Below, in pieces: positions 21,800 through 33,628 of a stretch of 64,000 nucleotides of DNA. Position numbers and translations under genes: made by a program. The stretch comes from an uncultured Hormoscilla sp. (lineage in GTDB: Bacteria > Cyanobacteriota > Cyanobacteriia > Cyanobacteriales > Desertifilaceae): assembly GCA_963921275.4 (NCBI GenBank), contig OZ001293.3, positions 4,032,001 to 4,096,000 of the forward strand, given 5' to 3'. The number at the start of each line of letters is the position of its first letter. Position 1 is the stretch's first letter. The notes below the pieces were generated by a model. It saw nothing but the letters and a program-made list of their open reading frames with translations. It made no database searches and was not told the origin of the DNA.

Positions 21800-22430
21800 A
21801 TCTCCACCCCCAACAGCAGCACAACCGCACCCAAGCATACCAACAGCGAAGCCTGTCGGTACTTCTCCAAAAACCAAATAACCCAGCCAACTGGCACCAA
21901 CTGGTTAAAATAAAATTGCCAGGGAAACCAAAGTAGCGGGACTTTGAGAAAAAATAGGAGTCAATTGGAATCAAACCCTTTCATAGAGGCACTTTTAGGT
22001 CGATCAGGTCTCGTTCTCCGTCGGCTCAGGGTTTGCTGCCATTTGATACCCTTCGACGTAAAACACTCACCCCGTAAGGGTTTGAGCAGTTTTTTGCCTA
22101 AGAAAATTCTCAAGTCTCGGTAGGTGAGATCCAGCGTACAGCCCTATTGCAGCTCCTGTGCCCCACCACCCAAGAAAGTCGCAAAATGCTCCCGCCATAA
22201 ATGCCCCAGCAGCTCCCCCATAGCCTCAGGCATAGCGAGTTAGCTCAGCATACCGCAAGCTCCTCGGCTAGGCAGCTAGATCGAAGAGGCCACAGTAGCC
22301 CAGCTGCCAGCACCAGACCTTACCCCATGAGTCCCACCCCAGCGGCTTCAATAGCCAGATGGCTCAAAATCGGCGCAGTAGAAATAGCAAGTACACCGAG
22401 GCATAAAATCAATCTACCCGTCTGATTTTC
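21800..22430 (-). pseudogene. DMT/EamA transporter remnant with internal foreign segment
   Basis: GVLAISTAPIL near 22400 and PVGASWLGYLVFGEVP near 21880; stops and unrelated DNA between. Confidence 0.55.
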
Positions 22431-22609
22431 CACTTCACCATGATTATACTGGGAGTATGGTCCTATGTTAGCATTATATTGCTGACCTGCTGGCCAACGG
22501 CTGACGCCATCATCTCAGATTCCATGAGGTATAGGTCAGATGTGAGCATACCCCTCAGCCGTGAGGCTCAATAGGATCCCAGCTAAAATCTAGATAATGA
22601 GGCGGTACT

Positions 22610-23476
22610 GTGCCCAAAGGTAATCGGTTGCTATCTCTGTTGGTAATAGGTGGATTATTAATTGCTGCCGCACCAGTATATGGACAGGCATTAGTGCCTC
22701 ATACCTTACAGCTGGAAGAAGCTCAATTACAGTTAAAAGGCACGAGGCTAGTACAGCAAGCGGAACAGTTGTTGCAGATCGGGCAATTTCAACTGGCGTT
22801 GCCCAGAATGGTTCTGGCCACGCAGCTGCTGCCTGATATACCGCGATTATGGTTGATTCTGGGTGGGTTGTATTTAGAAGCAAATGAGTTAGATAAGTCA
22901 ATTGCAGCGCTGCAATCAGCCCGGTCCTTGGAACCCAATAACCCGATAATTCTGTTTAGTTTGGGGTCAGCTTACTTCGGTCAAGAAAAGTATGGAGCAG
23001 CAGCCCAATACCTGCAAGCAGGTTTGAGAATACAACCAGATGAAATCATGGCTTTGTTTAACTTGGGTAATACCTACTACAAGTTGAACGACTACGAATC
23101 GGCGATCGCCGAGTATGAAAAAGCAGTAGCCCAAGACCTCAACTTCTGGCAAGCAATTAACAATATAGGGCTGGTAAAATATGAACAGGGAGATACCACT
23201 GGCGCGATCGCCCAGTGGCGAGCGGCTGTAGAAATTGACAGCCAAGCTGCTGAACCGCAGTTGGCACTAGCAGTGGCTCTATATAGCTCCGGGCAGATAG
23301 AACCGGGATTGGCGATGGCCCAAGCAGCTTTGCAGCTAGACCCAAACTACGCCGATCTAGAGTTCCTCAAAGAAAATCTCTGGGGCGCGAAGCTGATAGC
23401 AGAAACTAAAAAACTCCTGGAAACTCACCGCATTCGGGAAACCCTTACCCAAGTCAAAGGAGGAAGTCCAGAATGA
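22610..23476 (+). CDS. TPR-repeat protein with signal peptide
   Basis: Multiple TPRs (ALFNLGNTYY, AINNIGLV). Confidence 0.9.
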   Translation: MPKGNRLLSLLVIGGLLIAAAPVYGQALVPHTLQLEEAQLQLKGTRLVQQAEQLLQIGQFQLALPRMVLATQLLPDIPRLWLILGGLYLEANELDKSIAALQSARSLEPNNPIILFSLGSAYFGQEKYGAAAQYLQAGLRIQPDEIMALFNLGNTYYKLNDYESAIAEYEKAVAQDLNFWQAINNIGLVKYEQGDTTGAIAQWRAAVEIDSQAAEPQLALAVALYSSGQIEPGLAMAQAALQLDPNYADLEFLKENLWGAKLIAETKKLLETHRIRETLTQVKGGSPE

Positions 23477-23487
23477 AACGGAAAGAA

Positions 23488-24843
23488 TCATTGATTTAGA
23501 TCTGGCCTCCTCCAGCAGTGCAAAAGACTGGGACGCGCTGCTGGTTTAGGGAACATATCTCGGAAAGCTGCTTGACGTTCGGCAGGCTTTTCTGGAGTTA
23601 AATTCCACAGAGTTTCGTAGAAAAAGAACGACACACCAGCAAGTCCCTGACTGCGCATAGCTTGGACTTGCTGCTGAAGAAGTTCAGTCCGAACTGGACG
23701 ATTTTTAAGACCGGTCAAGATGCCAACAGCGACAGGGATGTGGTTAATGGCGATCTGGACTTCTGGACGCTTCAACTCCTGGATAAACCGATCGAGATCG
23801 TTACGGTACACCTGCAAGATCAATTCCTCCACGAAGCCGCGCCTTTCCCAGTTAAACCAGTCCTGCAAATAGTTTCTGTAGGCAAAAGCCTGGGGGTTGG
23901 GAGACAAAGCAACGATCGCATGAGGCTTTTGCCCTTTTACCGCCGCAAAAACCTGTGCCATCACTCCCGTAATTTTATTGGCTCGCCAACGGATCCACTC
24001 AGGGTCAACAGGATTATCAGGAGGACTCTGTCCCTGATGTTCCATCTGGTACAGCTGCACCGTGTAGGGGTCGTAACCCAATTGGACCGGCAACCCAAAG
24101 TGGTCGTCAAGCTGAATCCCATCGATATCGTAGTTGGTAACAATTTCCGTGATTAAATCAACGATGAACTGCTGCACTTCCGGGTGAAAGGGATTTAGCC
24201 ACACCCGGTCATGCTTGCTCTCCTTGACAATTTGACTGCCATCGGACCGTGAAGCGATCCACTCAGGATGGCGATCGGCCAAGTCTGAATCTGCCGGTGC
24301 CATAAAACCAAACTCAAACCAGGGAATAACACTCATCCCCAAGGCATGTCCTTGCTCAACAATTTCTTTGAGCATATCTCGCCCCCTTAAACCTGGTTCG
24401 GGGCCGACCGCACGACCGATCGCATTTTCGGCTACAGAACTGGGGTAGAGAGTATAACCCCAATTCCAAACCGTGGGGTAAACAGTGTTAAAGTTAAGTC
24501 GATCCAGATTTTGTAAAGCATTGGTGACGGTGGCCCGTGAAAAGAGCACATCGCTGTCGATGTTCGTCAACCAGACTCCTCGTAACTCCGTTGCCGGAGT
24601 AGCTGGCGATGTGCGAAGGACAGTGCGATTAGCGCGTCCCGAGTGCATCGGCTGTCCGGGGGTGCTGTGTTCCCCGGTGAGGTGTCTCCTGGGAGCGCTA
24701 CTCGCACTACCCAGGAGACCGCTCGCGCTGTACTCGCACTGGGAACACAGGGCATCAATTAACAGCGAAAGCATCACTAACAAGCTTAACAGAACCACAA
24801 ACCGCAAGGGGCGCTTAGCATACATTTGGGCTAAATACTCCAA
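23488..24843 (-). CDS. Glycoside hydrolase-like 10 (GHL10/DUF187, YddW-like) protein
   Basis: ELRGVWL, NFNTVYP, PWFEFG, YDIDGIQLDDHF; repeat insertion in the N-terminal region. Confidence 0.9.
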   Translation of the reverse strand: MEYLAQMYAKRPLRFVVLLSLLVMLSLLIDALCSQCEYSASGLLGSASSAPRRHLTGEHSTPGQPMHSGRANRTVLRTSPATPATELRGVWLTNIDSDVLFSRATVTNALQNLDRLNFNTVYPTVWNWGYTLYPSSVAENAIGRAVGPEPGLRGRDMLKEIVEQGHALGMSVIPWFEFGFMAPADSDLADRHPEWIASRSDGSQIVKESKHDRVWLNPFHPEVQQFIVDLITEIVTNYDIDGIQLDDHFGLPVQLGYDPYTVQLYQMEHQGQSPPDNPVDPEWIRWRANKITGVMAQVFAAVKGQKPHAIVALSPNPQAFAYRNYLQDWFNWERRGFVEELILQVYRNDLDRFIQELKRPEVQIAINHIPVAVGILTGLKNRPVRTELLQQQVQAMRSQGLAGVSFFFYETLWNLTPEKPAERQAAFRDMFPKPAARPSLLHCWRRPDLNQ

Positions 24844-24863
24844 AGTCTTTTGATAGACTGATG

Positions 24864-25259
24864 TTAATCTTTGGGCAGCAGTGACAAAATTTTATTCACG
24901 AATTCCCGATGATCCACAACTGGCTTAGAGATGTAGTCATCGGCACCACTTTGCTCGAAAAACTTTTCCCGCTCGCCCACCATGGCGTGAGCTGTCACCA
25001 GGATAATTGGGATGTTTGCCGTTTCTGGATCTGCCTTTAGCATTTGGGTAATCTCGATCCCGTCAACGGATTTGCCCTGGTAAACACTATTAGACAGAGA
25101 AACATCCATCAAAATAATACCGGCTTCACCAGCGGTAACAATTTTCATCACCTCATCAACATTTTCGGTATCCTTCACCTCGAAACTGCCTCGCTTGGTG
25201 AGAATTTTAGTAAAAACCCGGCGATTAATGATATCATCCACAATTAAAACAGTTGTCAT
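24864..25259 (-). CDS. Single-domain response regulator (CheY/DivK-like)
   Basis: VLIVDD, ILMDVSL, VTAHA, YISKP. Confidence 0.9.
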   Translation of the reverse strand: MTTVLIVDDIINRRVFTKILTKRGSFEVKDTENVDEVMKIVTAGEAGIILMDVSLSNSVYQGKSVDGIEITQMLKADPETANIPIILVTAHAMVGEREKFFEQSGADDYISKPVVDHREFVNKILSLLPKD

Positions 25260-25663
25260 GGCACTTTCCTTTTGGTTTGATTACACAATGGATGTAAAAT
25301 TATTTCCCTGGGTATGAATGCTACTGTAAAACCAACTCGATTTGGTCTCAAGTCAATTGCAACTGACCAGTGATGACTGCCGACGATGATGATTGCTCTC
25401 GCCAGTGCGCGAACTCTGGGTGCCCCAAGGGAAGAAATAGCACCGGCGATCGCCATCGCTCCCACGGAGTCAGTGGGTTCCGAGCTTTGATGCACTCGGG
25501 GGGCTTGATGCCTCCCGAGTGCGCTACTCGCACAAAAGAGGAGACATCGTACTCGCACTACCCCTCGCGCATCGACATTCGCTCGTCCAGAAAGTTTCTC
25601 CCATCTATAAGGAGCGCCCTCGCTTTGAGCATATAACTGACAACAGAGCGTTATTTTAGATTC

Positions 25664-25723
25664 AGGGATTAAAGAATTTAAACTCATGGCTAAAGGGATT
25701 AAAGAATTTAAACTCATGGCTAA
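25664..25723 (+). repeat. 30-bp tandem duplication spanning the RBS/start of the topoisomerase gene
   Basis: AGGGATTAAAGAATTTAAACTCATGGCTAA x2. Confidence 0.92.
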
Positions 25724-28355
25724 ACAGTTGAACCTTTTCACGACAGGACAGGTAATCGCCACAGATCTGCACACCGAGATGCAGCGGTCATATCTTGAAT
25801 ATGCCATGAGTGTAATCGTTGGACGAGCGCTGCCAGATGTCCGGGATGGGTTGAAACCAGTTCATCGGCGGATTTTGTACGCCATGCACGAACTGGGTTT
25901 GACTCCCGATAAACCTTACCGTAAGTGTGCTCGTGTGGTGGGAGATGTTTTGGGAAAATATCATCCCCACGGGGACCAAGCAGTTTATGACGCCCTGGTG
26001 CGGATGGTGCAGGACTTTTCTTGCCGCTATCCCTTGTTAGCCGGTCACGGGAACTTTGGCTCGGTGGACAATGACCCACCAGCGGCGATGCGCTATACGG
26101 AAACTCGCTTGGCACCGATTAGCCACGAGGCGTTGCTATCAGAAATTAGCTCCGCCACGGTTGACTTTACAGAGAACTTCGATAACTCTCAAGCTGAACC
26201 TGTGGTATTGCCTGCCCAGTTGCCAGTGTTGTTGCTCAATGGCTGTTCTGGGATTGCAGTCGGGATGGCGACTAATGTTCCTCCTCATAACTTAGGGGAG
26301 GTAGTAGATGGTCTGATTGCTCTGATTGACTTTCCAGAAATATCTGATGAGAAGCTTTTTACTATGATTTCTGGACCAGACTTTCCCACAGGCGGTCAGA
26401 TTGTGGGAACGGAAGGGATAAAAAGCGCTTATACCACAGGTAGAGGCAGTATCCTAGTGCGGGGTGTAGCGTCAAACGAGCAGATTCAATCGGGTAGTCG
26501 TGGGCGGAGACGGCGCGATTGCATTTTGGTGACAGAATTGCCCTATCAGGTGAATAAAGCGGCCTGGATTGAGAAAATTGCTGATTTGGTAAATACTGGC
26601 AAGATTGAGGGTATCTCTGACGTGCGGGATGAAAGCGATCGCACGGGCATGCGAGTGGTGATTGAACTGAAACGGGAGGCTAACCCCAAAGCTATCTTGG
26701 AATTGCTCTACAAACTAACGCAGCTACAAAGCACTTTTGGCGCGATCATGCTAGCGTTGGTAGAAGGACAACCCCGCCAGTTGACGCTGCGGCAGATGTT
26801 GCAGGAGTTTTTGGATTTCCGGTTGTTAACTCTCACCCGACAATACACCCACGAACTCCAAGAATCAGAAAAACGACTGCACTTGGTCGAAGGGTTACTG
26901 GGGGCTCTCCGTCAACTAGATGCGGTGCTCAACATTCTTAGAAATGCCCCAGATGGGACCACGGCTAAAGCTATGCTGCACGAACAACTCCAGTTTAGCG
27001 ATTGGCAATCAGATGCTATTTTAGCAATGCCGATGCGACGATTGACTGGTTTGGAGCGGAATAATTTGCAGGCCGAGTTTGCACAACTGAGCGGTCGCAT
27101 ACAGGAGTTACAGAGGTTGCTGGGCTCACGGCACCACCTTCGGAAGTCCCTGAAAAAAGAATTGCGATCGCTCAAACGCAAGTATGGTAACCCGCGTCGG
27201 ACTAAGATTGTCCATCCTCATAAGGCGCAGGACTTAGACCCCAAACAGCCTCAGCCTAAGAATAATTCCCCAACCAAGAATAATTCCCCAACCAAGAATA
27301 ATTCCCCAACCAAGAATAATTCCCCAACCAGGAATAATTCCCCAACCAGGAATAATTCCCCCTCGACAAGAACAACTCAAGAAGAGACCATCGCAAAAAA
27401 AAACCGCATCGAGGATGGTGGAGAAACAATGGTTGAATTTACCTATCGGGGGTCTGTGCGGCGAACTAGGCCTCAGCCCTCTCCAACTCCAGACAATCAA
27501 GGGAATCGCAGCGATTATGACGGTTATGCTCTCAAGCCTATTGATGACTTTACCACAGAAACTCAACTTACTCACACTAAGGCCGATGCCTTGGTATTCA
27601 CGAATGATGGCAAAGCCTATGTGATTAAGGTGGGACATATTCCCCTAGAGTCCCGAGGCACCTCACTGATCGGCTTGCTACCCCAGCATTCTCACCGGCG
27701 GAACACAGAGATTGTCGCCCAGTTTATCCTCTCTGATTATCAGCCTGACCGCCAAATAGTCACGCTTACCAAGACTGGACGCATGAAACGCTTGCCTCTG
27801 TCAGAATTTGCTAACATCAAGAGTCGGGGTCTTAGTACTGTTAAGTTTAAGGACGATGATGACCAGTTGCTGTCTGCTAACCTGACCCAAACCGGCGAAC
27901 AGCTGCTGCTAGCTACTACTGGGGGGCGTATCCTGCGGCTGGAGGTTAACGATCGGCAGCTGCCGATTCTAAGTCGCACGGCTGTTGGCTATCAAGCTTT
28001 ATACCTACAGAAGCAAGATCAACTGGTAGGCTGCGCCGCAGTTCGTATGAAAGATAGTTTCTTGGTAGTTACTCGGCAGGGGTATGCTAAACGCATGTTG
28101 GTTAATCTGCTGCCACCATCTCCTCGGGGTGACATTGGCTCAGAGGCCATACAATTTACCAATACTACAGATTTAGTGGTAGCAATAACGCCGGTACATG
28201 AAGACTCTTTGGCGATCTTGCTTACTAATACCGAGCGACTCTGGCAGATACCCACGGCTTCTATTGGCTTCTGGAATACAGATGGTCCGGGCAATCGCCT
28301 CCTTCAACTTAACCCCGACGAAATTATTACCACTGTCTTATCCCTTCGTCTTTAG
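25716..28355 (+). CDS. DNA gyrase/topoisomerase IV subunit A (ParC-like paralog, no GyrA-box seen)
   Basis: [29 protein letters not shown] catalytic Tyr; degenerate beta-pinwheel CTD. Confidence 0.93.
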   Translation: MAKQLNLFTTGQVIATDLHTEMQRSYLEYAMSVIVGRALPDVRDGLKPVHRRILYAMHELGLTPDKPYRKCARVVGDVLGKYHPHGDQAVYDALVRMVQDFSCRYPLLAGHGNFGSVDNDPPAAMRYTETRLAPISHEALLSEISSATVDFTENFDNSQAEPVVLPAQLPVLLLNGCSGIAVGMATNVPPHNLGEVVDGLIALIDFPEISDEKLFTMISGPDFPTGGQIVGTEGIKSAYTTGRGSILVRGVASNEQIQSGSRGRRRRDCILVTELPYQVNKAAWIEKIADLVNTGKIEGISDVRDESDRTGMRVVIELKREANPKAILELLYKLTQLQSTFGAIMLALVEGQPRQLTLRQMLQEFLDFRLLTLTRQYTHELQESEKRLHLVEGLLGALRQLDAVLNILRNAPDGTTAKAMLHEQLQFSDWQSDAILAMPMRRLTGLERNNLQAEFAQLSGRIQELQRLLGSRHHLRKSLKKELRSLKRKYGNPRRTKIVHPHKAQDLDPKQPQPKNNSPTKNNSPTKNNSPTKNNSPTRNNSPTRNNSPSTRTTQEETIAKKNRIEDGGETMVEFTYRGSVRRTRPQPSPTPDNQGNRSDYDGYALKPIDDFTTETQLTHTKADALVFTNDGKAYVIKVGHIPLESRGTSLIGLLPQHSHRRNTEIVAQFILSDYQPDRQIVTLTKTGRMKRLPLSEFANIKSRGLSTVKFKDDDDQLLSANLTQTGEQLLLATTGGRILRLEVNDRQLPILSRTAVGYQALYLQKQDQLVGCAAVRMKDSFLVVTRQGYAKRMLVNLLPPSPRGDIGSEAIQFTNTTDLVVAITPVHEDSLAILLTNTERLWQIPTASIGFWNTDGPGNRLLQLNPDEIITTVLSLRL
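27258..27365 (+). repeat. In-frame 18-bp tandem repeat x6 encoding (K/R)NNSPT
   Basis: AAGAATAATTCCCCAACC units. Confidence 0.95.
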
Positions 28356-28362
28356 TCATTCA

Positions 28363-28603
28363 TAGGACGGGCTCGATGTCTCCTGGTCGCTCGATGTCTC
28401 TCGGGAGCGCTAGTCGCACAAAAGGGGAGACATCGTATAGCACTACCCAGGAGACATCGCTCGCCTGTCCCTGGTCGTAGGACGGGCTCAATGTCTCCTG
28501 GTCGCTCGATGTCTCCCGGGAGCGCTAGTCGCACAAAAGGGGAGACATCGTATCGTACTACCCAGGAGACATCGCTCGCCTGTCCGGGGTCGTAGGACGG
28601 GCA
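28363..28603. repeat. 115-bp nested-palindrome repeat, two copies plus start of a third
   Basis: Units start at 28363, 28478 and 28593; related pieces at 24683-24719, ~25505-25585, ~39185-39280 and ~40790-40858. Confidence 0.9.
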
Positions 28604-28683
28604 GTCGTAGGTCACAAGTAGTGATTTTAGCGCCTGAAACCCTGAGTGGACCGTAGTCAAATCACTACATCTTGACCACTACC
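28602..28683. mobile_element. Short IS1-like MITE
   Basis: Near-identical in reverse complement to 58749-58829; GGTAGTG terminus. Confidence 0.6.
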
Positions 28684-28885
28684 CCTGCTCACTGGCGATC
28701 GCCCTTTCTGATCGTGGGACGATATCTGGATAATAGACCTCTTGCATAAGTCGAGAACCTGAGTAAAAATACTCAGGGATTTTTACTCAGGTTAGGCTAT
28801 AATAAGTGGTGAGTAAGCGCAACTGATAAGTATTACTTATCAATGAATAACAGGCCAACCAACCCCTTGAATTTCCAACGATTAT

Positions 28886-29439
28886 TAGACATCTCCAAAA
28901 TAGAAACTTATGCTATAACAAAATTTGACAACTTTAATTTTGGGACTTAAATCCATGAGTTATACCTGGACAGCCAAAAAATCCGTGCATAAGCAAAGCG
29001 GTAGGTATCAGTTATGAAAACCTAATACAACTTATAAGCTTAGCCAAAAAGTTAGATGCCGATTATAAAGAAAAGCTTGAAAAACAGAAAACTAGATTGC
29101 TCCGTGCTGGTGGAGGTGCTAAGCCTAAATTATCAGTGTTAGAAGTATTAGAATCTGGTGATGGATCTGGTAAAATTGAGGGCGTTGCACTTCGGACGAG
29201 ATGATGAGCATCGTTGCAGAAGTTTTAAACCTAGACTACAAGCCACTTTCAGTTATATGCAAAAAATGGCATCATCCCCAAAATGTGCAACGCCGAAATT
29301 AATCAATACCATCGAGAGATCGCAATATTTATAGAAACTCTATCAAACCCCGATGCTGTCGTTTAAGTAACATATGTGAGAATGTGAGGTGGAGGTTTCA
29401 ACCCATATCTGGCAAGGGTTTTATTTTTGGAGATGTCTA
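28886..29439 (+). mobile_element. Nested ISL2-like derivative
   Basis: TIRs TAGACATCTCCAAAA / TTTTGGAGATGTCTA; transposase N-terminal fragment ...RAGGGAKPKLS. Confidence 0.75.
29181..29294. mobile_element. IS1595-like MITE (GGCGTTGCA termini)
   Basis: Reverse-complement copy of the 52472-52584 element. Confidence 0.85.
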
Positions 29440-30256
29440 TTTGGTGTCCTACCTGAAACTTATATAAAAATGGTTTCCGGTTGTCAATTTATCTGAGCAA
29501 CAAAAGAAAAAAATAGCGTCAGCGTAGAGCTGCGAAATTATAACGAAAGATTAAATCTCACGCCCTACTACCAGAACCTGCTTGCCTACGGGGCCATAGC
29601 CTCCTAATTTTGTCCGGAGTATTCTTAAGTAAAGCTGACAAAAAAAGAAATCGAAATTTGTCGTCCGAACGAGTAGTCATTGAACATGTTAATCGAGAAC
29701 TTAAAGTATTTAAAATCTTAGGAGAAACTTATCGTAATCGTCAAAAAAGATTTCAACTCAGATTTAATTTGATTGCTGGATTATATAACTATAATTTGAG
29801 GAGACAGTCAAACCTATAGCGTTCGGAAAATACAGCGACGCGCTCATCCATTTGTTACGTCAGGCCAGGGGGCTTGCCGCTGAAACCCTTACAATCTTCT
29901 GGGTTTGAGAAATTATGGGTTGCACAACTCACTTCTCTAAAGGCCCTATTTTTTATCATTAATGACTTTTTGAGGTAAATTACAAGGCGAGCAACGGTAT
30001 TTTTGGTGAATATGGGTGCGTTCGGTTCCGTAGGTAGCCTATGAAGTTATAAGTAATACTTATAAAACAGGGGATAATTGACCTCCTGTGTCCCTTGACA
30101 CGCATGAGAAGATAGGATCTCATCTGTGTCAAGGGACACAGCAGCCAAATTCATCTATAATCCCCCCCTGGGACTTTTGCAAGAGGTCTAATAATTTGTT
30201 ACAATTTAGTTACATTAGTTAATAGAAAGACAAATTACCACTAGGAGTAACCTCCC

Positions 30257-30475
30257 ATGGAAGATAACCAAAATCCCCCTATCCCTACCCTTGACTCCGC
30301 AGAACGGAATGCTTGGAAGTTTGGCTTTACCCCTCAAGCCGAAATCTGGAACGGCCGCTTTGCCATGATTGGCTTTTTCGTTACCTTCCTGGTCGGGGTC
30401 GAGCTGTCCCTCACGGGACAACCCTCCCTTTCGGAACCGGACTTGCGACTTTCACCGCATCCGGCTACTGGTTGA
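30257..30475 (+). pseudogene. hli: High-light-inducible (Hli/SCP) gene interrupted at 30391 by a group II intron
   Basis: FGFTPQAEIWNGRFAMIGF (ExxNGRxAM); ORF then reads into antisense intron DVI/DV. Confidence 0.85.
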
Positions 30476-31314
30476 TAAGCTGTTGTCATCAGTAGGATTA
30501 CTAGGGGTTACCCCCATTGTCCCTTACCTCTCGCAATTTCACCCCTTATGGTCAATCCTATTGGACCGTTAATGATTTCAGCTCCGGAAGGTTCACGGAG
30601 GGTAGTTCAGAAAACCGTTCTAGCCGCTCTTTACTAACATTTTCCCATTCTTGGTTTATCGGGACTCTGAACTTTACCTGGCTGAAACTCTAGTCCATAT
30701 CCAACTCTTGGATTTCTCCTAAGTTTTGCGACGTATTAGAGCTACTCTCACCAAAGACCTCTTATCATATCCGTCCGACGTCAGCTTATCCACAGGCATT
30801 ACCCCAGGCATTTGCTTCTTAGGACATCCCTCCCCTCGTGGCTTGCGCTTTACATCTAACTGGTTCTGCCCCGTTGAGCCGAACTGCACACAAGAGGTTA
30901 CTTCGTTCCCTGGTATCATTTCACGATGCTTTTAGATCCCTGCTATACCCCGGGAGTTCTTCGGGTGCGATGCTGGCAAGTACAGACTACCAACACTTAC
31001 TACCATTTCCCTTTTGGGCCAGCGTATCAGCCTTATTCCGCTGGTTATAGGTGACGAGACTTTCACAGGTTCGCTTGTTCTAACCATGAGCATCTAACAA
31101 GCGCGGTGTCGCCGGCTTAGGCTGCCAGCTATCCTAGATTTAAGTCCTAGCGGAGCACCACGGCGATGTGACTCCGCAGCACTAAGGACCGGTAGTACCC
31201 TCGACCCCCCACACCTGGGGAGAGGGAATTTAACCCCCATGATAACCAGAGTTTCTGGCAAATGAAACCAGTCAGACTTTCACCGTTACCGGTTTACGCC
31301 TGAACGAATCGCAC
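30392..31314 (-). mobile_element. Complete ORF-less group IIB intron (~923 nt)
   Basis: 5' GUGCGAUUCGUU at 31314; DV at 30434-30467 with AGC triad and GAAA loop; DVI with bulged A ending ...CCCCGAC; no RT ORF. Confidence 0.88.
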
Positions 31315-31316
31315 TA

Positions 31317-32189
31317 GAATGTGTCATCAATCAAATTGCTTGACAGAAATAGATGGATACGGTATGGAGTCCTTATCCAGCAATAACAATCAAGAGGGCA
31401 TGATATGAGACGCTATGGCTTGCGAGACGACCAGTGGGAACGGATCGAACACCTTTTACCTGGTAAAGAGGGTGACCCAGGCGCTACAGCCAAGAACAAT
31501 AGATTATTCGTGTTCTGCCGTGTTATATCGATATCGTGCTGGCATTCCCTGGCGGGATTTACCGGAGTGTTTTGGGGATTTTCGGGTTGTTCATACCCGC
31601 CATACCCGTTGGTCTGAAAAGGGAGTTTGGAAGCAGGTATTCGATGTCTTGGCCTCAGACGCCGATAACGAATACGCCGCGATTGATGCCACCATCCTGC
31701 GTGCCCATCAACGAGCGTGCGGGTGCAAAAAAAAACACCCTCAGATACGTGCGAAACCCAAGCCATAGGCCGTAGTAAAGGGGGACTATCGACAAAGATT
31801 CATGCCACTTGCGATTGCCCAAGGCAATCCCACAGGATTTCATCTTACCCCTGGCCAAGCCCACGACGGGAAAGGCGCTGACGTGCTATTGGATAAAATC
31901 GGTGAGATTGGCGCGCTGCTTGCAGATAAAGCCTATGATGCGGAACAACGTGTGCTCGAGCGCCTGAAAGAGGCGGATTGGATGGCTGTCATTCCTCCAA
32001 AAAGTAACCGCACAGAACACAGAGAATACGATGAAGAAATGTACAAGTGGCGGCATCTAATTGAAAATCTATTCCAAAAACTCAAGCAATACAGGGCTCT
32101 GGCGACACGCTACGATAAAACGGCTCGCAATTTCTTGGGTGCCATCTACCTCGCGGCAGCTGTAATATGGCTTAATTGATGACACGCAC
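31317..32189 (+). mobile_element. IS5-family (IS427-like) element, transposase frameshifted
   Basis: TIRs GAATGTGTCATCAAT / ATTGATGACACGCAC flanked by [43 protein letters not shown]-run slippage site ~31727. Confidence 0.9.
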
Positions 32190-32497
32190 TAGTATCCTCC
32201 TATCCTCTAACTCTTTATTATAGCATATACAGCGTCTGCGTTTTTTGGTCAAGGAATTGGAACAATTTTAACAAAATTTTAATTCACAAGACATTGAGTT
32301 GGCGCCCCTGCCGAAAGTTGCCATAACAGGAGTCCTTGTCAATCGCTGGTGATTCCGGTAAAACAAAATCTTTTGGACGATCGGGGGAGTAGTTAAACCC
32401 TGATCGTCTAACTGGTTTGATGCAATTTCTGGTAAACCCGATCGTTTTCCAGTGTCCGACGTACTCACCCCGAGGGCGGTAAACGGGGGAATACTTT

Positions 32498-33628
32498 TTA
32501 GCGGATGTATTCTTTGAGAACGCTGTTGCGGTTGGGATGGCGCAACTTACGCAGGGCCTTAGCCTCGATTTGACGAATCCGTTCTCGCGTCACGTTAAAG
32601 ATTTGACCAATTTCCTCTAAGGTCTTCATGCGCCCATCATCCAATCCGTAGCGCAGGCGCAACACATCCCGTTCCCGGGGGCTGAGGGTATCTAGGACCC
32701 CTTTGAGGTCTTCCCGCAAGAGACTTTTAGAGACTTGATCTTCTGGCGTTTCACCATCAGATTCAATAAAATCCCCCAATCGAGAGTCTTCCTCTTTGCC
32801 GATCGGGGTTTCTAGGGAAATCGGCAGCTGGGCCGATTTGGCTATGAATCGCAGCTTTTCGATTGTCATTTCCATCCATTCGGCGATTTCTTCCTCCGTG
32901 GGTTTGCGACTTAGTTCCTGAGACAGCAGTTTTGTGGTTTTTTTGATCCGAGAGATCGTTTCGTACAGATGTACCGGCAGGCGTATAGTCCGAGATTGGT
33001 CTGCGATCGCCCGGGTTATCGCCTGACGGATCCACCAAGTCGCGTAGGTGGAAAACTTATAGCCCTTTTCATGGTCAAATTTTTCCGCTGCTCGAATCAA
33101 ACCCAGACTTCCTTCTTGAATTAGGTCTTGGAAGGACAGTCCCCGATTCATATATTTTTTCGCGATCGACACCACTAGACGCAGGTTGGACTGTACCATT
33201 TTCTCCTTTGCCCGCCTGCCCACATGCAGGCGATGGCGAAACGCTGGCAAGGCCATACTTACAGCTTCTGCCCACTCTCCATCCCTTGGGCAACGATCTA
33301 GCTGCATCTCCAGTCCCTCTCGGATCCGCTCTAATTCCAGCAAGTCCGCTATTTTGCGTGCCAGTTCTATCTCTTCGTCTGCTCGCAGTAGGCGGATCCG
33401 ACCAATCTCTTGCAGGTACAGGCGGATTGAATCCTCCGTATATTGCTTCTTCTTTGCCGCCTGCGTCTTCGTCGTCTTTCGACGACCCGTGCGTTTGCCT
33501 GATTTTCCGTCTATTCCCTCATGCCCTGCATCTAGATAATCATATTGACGGTCTTCTGAATCTAGTAAATCGATGGGTTCCAGCTCAGGCGAATCGATGG
33601 TTTGGAGTAGGTTGTTTGCCTGGGTCAT
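32498..33628 (-). CDS. sigA: Primary RNA polymerase sigma factor
   Basis: [52 protein letters not shown]. Confidence 0.97.
   Translation of the reverse strand: MTQANNLLQTIDSPELEPIDLLDSEDRQYDYLDAGHEGIDGKSGKRTGRRKTTKTQAAKKKQYTEDSIRLYLQEIGRIRLLRADEEIELARKIADLLELERIREGLEMQLDRCPRDGEWAEAVSMALPAFRHRLHVGRRAKEKMVQSNLRLVVSIAKKYMNRGLSFQDLIQEGSLGLIRAAEKFDHEKGYKFSTYATWWIRQAITRAIADQSRTIRLPVHLYETISRIKKTTKLLSQELSRKPTEEEIAEWMEMTIEKLRFIAKSAQLPISLETPIGKEEDSRLGDFIESDGETPEDQVSKSLLREDLKGVLDTLSPRERDVLRLRYGLDDGRMKTLEEIGQIFNVTRERIRQIEAKALRKLRHPNRNSVLKEYIR

Larger units (their letters stand above)
28734..30190 (+). mobile_element. IS5/ISL2 (IS702-like) remnant with nested elements
   Basis: TIRs TAGACCTCTTGCATAAGTC / GACTTTTGCAAGAGGTCTA; transposase C-terminus RVVIEHVNRELKVF...RFNLIAGLYN at 29610-29819. 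Confidence 0.8.

Noticed and set aside
25256..25807. 183-aa minus-strand ORF
   Set aside because: Built from repeat DNA and antisense to the topoisomerase start; no recognisable domain.
28363..28603. Possible CRISPR array
   Set aside because: Whole 115-bp units repeat with no unique spacers; no cas genes in the window.
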